Source of the DNA: Mobula hypostoma
Lineage: Eukaryota
DNA: 64,000 bases
NCBI RefSeq assembly: GCF_963921235.1
Contig: NC_086108.1
Location: forward strand, 8,122,001-8,186,000
Direction of reading: 5' to 3'
Shown here piece by piece: positions 61,340 to 64,000 of this stretch; the stretch's first letter is position 1, and the number at the start of each line of letters is the position of its first letter. Both the position numbers and the translations under genes were made by a program. The notes below the pieces were generated by a model. That model was not told the origin of the DNA and did no database searches. It saw nothing but the letters and a program-made list of their open reading frames with translations.

Positions 61340-64000
61340 TAACCATATAACTATATAACAATTACAGCACGGAAACAGGCCATCTCGGCCCTTCTAGTCC
61401 GTGCCGAACTCTTACTCTCACCTAGTCCCACCGACCTGCACTCAGCCCATAACCCTCCATTCCTTTCCTGTCCATATACCCATCCAATTTTTCATTAAAT
61501 GACGATATCGAACCTGCCTCTACCACTTCTACTGGAGGTTCGATCAACACTTACTTCAAGCTCCCCTGTCCTCCCCTGATAATTGACTTATTGCTATACT
61601 CATGCGAGGAAAATGTGCGCTGTGTGTTTAATATTAAATTCGTTAGATAAACCCTTTTAGAAACGAAATTGAGTGTATTAGCCGCTTATCACCGATATTC
61701 TGGTCGTGATTAACACCCCCTCCCCCGAACAGAATCGCCAAAAACGATTTATAGAAAAAATCGGTACGTACATGCATGCGCAAATCACGCATGCGCACTG
61801 GTGCCCGCGCAAGGCTTCATGGTCATTGTAGTCTCGTGGTAAACAGTGTACTTGACGGCTACTTTTGTCCGTTGGCAACCCTGCTCACACCACCCCGCCC
61901 CCCGCCCCCCCCCCCCCCCCGGTCGGCCGGTCCGCAAGGATATTGTCAATATGAAACCAGTCCACAGTGCAAAAAAGGTTGGGAACCCCTGCTCTTGTTT
62001 GAATCTCCCCCGTTCTCAATGGAAAAAGCCTATCCATGTCAACTCTATCAATCCCCCTCATAATTTTAAACACCTCTATCAAGTCCCCCCTCAACCTTCT
62101 ACGCTCCAAAGAATAAAGACCTAACTCGTTCAACCTTTCTCTGTAACCTAGGAGATGAAACCCAGGTAACATTTTAGTAAACCTCCTCTGTACTCTCTCA
62201 ATTTTATTGACATCTTTCCTATAATTCGGTGACCAGAACTGTACACAATACTCCAAATTTGGCCTTACCAATGCCTTATACAATTTCAACATTACATCCC
62301 AACTCCTATACTCAATGCTCTGATTAATAAAGGCCAGCATACCAAAAGCTTTCTTCACCACCCTATCCACATGAGATTCCACCTTCAGGGAACTATGCAC
62401 CATTATTCCTAGATCCCTTTGTTCTACTGCATTCTTCAATGCCCTACCATTTACCATGTATGTTCTATTTTGATTAGTCCTACCAAAATGTAGCACCTTA
62501 CATTTATCAGCATCAAACTCCATCTGCCATCTTTCAGCCCACTCTTCTAAATGGCCTAAATCTCTCTGCAAGCTTTGCAAACCTATTTCATTATCCACAA
62601 CGCCACCTATCTTAGTATCATCTGCATACTTACTAATCCAATTTACCACCCCATCATCCAGATCATTAATATATATGACAAACAACATTGGACCCAGTAC
62701 AGATCCCTGAGGCACACCGCTACACACCGTCCTCCAATCTGACACATAGTTATCCACCACTACTCTCTGGCGTCTCCCATTTAGCCACTGCTGAATCCAT
62801 TTTACTACTTCGATATTAATGCCTAACCATTGAACCTTCCTAACTAACCTACCATATGGAACCTTGTCAAAGGCCTTACTGAAGTCCATATAGACAACAT
62901 CCACCGCTTTACCCTCGTCAACTTTCTTAGTAACCTCATCAAAAAATTCAATATAATATTTGTCAAACATGACCTTCCACGCACAAATCCATGTTGACTA
63001 TTCCTAATCAGACCCTGTCTATCCAGATAATTATATATAACATCTCTAAGAATACTTTCCATCAATTTACCCACCACTGACGTCAAAATCACAGGCCGAT
63101 AATTGCCAGGTTTACTCTTAGAACCCTTTTTAAACAATGGAACAACATGAGCAATACGCCAATCCTCCGGCACCATTCCCGTTTCTAATGACATTTGAAA
63201 TATTTCTGTCAGTGCCCCTGCTATTTCCACACTAACTTCCCTCAAGTTCCTAGGGAGTATCTTGTCTGGACCCAGAGATTTATCCACTTTTATATTCCTT
63301 AAAAGCGCCAGTACTTCCTCTTCTTTAATCGTCATACTTTCTATAACTACTCTTCTTGTTTCCTTTACCTTACACAATTCAATATCCTTCTCCTTAATGA
63401 ATACTGAAGAAAATAAATTGTTCAAAATCTCCCCCATCTCCTTTGGCTCCGCACATAGCCGTCCACTCTGATTTTCTAAGGGACCAATTTTATCCCTCAC
63501 TATCCTTTTGCTATTTATATAACCGTAGAAACCCTTTGGATTTATTTTCACCTTACTTGCCAAAACAGCCTTGTATCTTCTTTTAGCTTTTCTAATTTCT
63601 TTCTTAAGATTCTTTTTACATTCTTTATATTCCTCGAGCACCTCATTAACTCCAAGTTGCCTATATTTATTGAAGATCCCTCTCTCTTTCCGAACCAAGT
63701 TTCCAATATCCCTTGAAAACCGTAGCTCTCTCAAAATTTTAACCTTCCCTTTCAACCTAACAGGAAAATAAAGATCCTGCCCCCTTAAAATTTCACCTTT
63801 AAATGACCTCCATTTCTCTATTACATCCTTCCCATAAAACAAATTGTCCCAATCCACTCCTTCTAAATCCTTTCGCATCTCCTCAAAGTTAGCCTTTCTC
63901 CAATCAAAAATCTCAACCCTGGGTCCAGTCCTATCCTTCTCCATAATTATATTGAAACTAACGGTATTGTGATCACTGGACCCGAAGTGCTCCTCAACAC
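61340..64000 (-). mobile_element. CR1 LINE (ORF2, frameshifted), runs off window; interrupted by hAT fragment
   Basis: ORFs 62844..63944 and 61885..62970 with RT motifs; same 3' UTR as the other copies. Confidence 0.93.
61543..61991. mobile_element. One-ended hAT/Charlie-like fragment inside CR1
   Basis: Ends ...AAAAAAGGTTGGGAACCCCTG (reverse complement CAGGGGTTCCCAACC); CR1 homology breaks on both sides. Confidence 0.65.

Overview
Repeat-dense vertebrate genomic DNA; the mix of CR1, Penelope-like, Rex1/Babar and V-SINE repeats suggests a cartilaginous fish, probably a ray (inference). One host gene lies on the minus strand: the 3' part of a PLEKHG2-like RhoGEF. I assembled 10 coding exons by hand from 57388 down to the stop at 14303. 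They have GT-AG boundaries and consistent phases and total 3723 nt (1240 aa plus stop). They include a 14-nt microexon and two paralogous 102-nt exons; the DH-domain exons lie beyond the window. The rest is mostly mobile DNA. It includes a full-length Tc1 whose open ORF lacks the first catalytic Asp, and a second Tc1 carrying a full-length RNase H LINE (I/Nimb-like) plus a SINE-like element. Also present are near-identical CR1 copies in inverted orientation, a solo LTR, hAT MITEs and modular tRNA-SINEs. The most interesting signal is a family of minimal type I hammerhead ribozyme motifs in Penelope-like elements. One 278-bp head-to-tail array has intact cores and is a candidate retrozyme or circRNA source; it is fused to a G-rich repeat. 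All family names come from motif recognition, not database searches.
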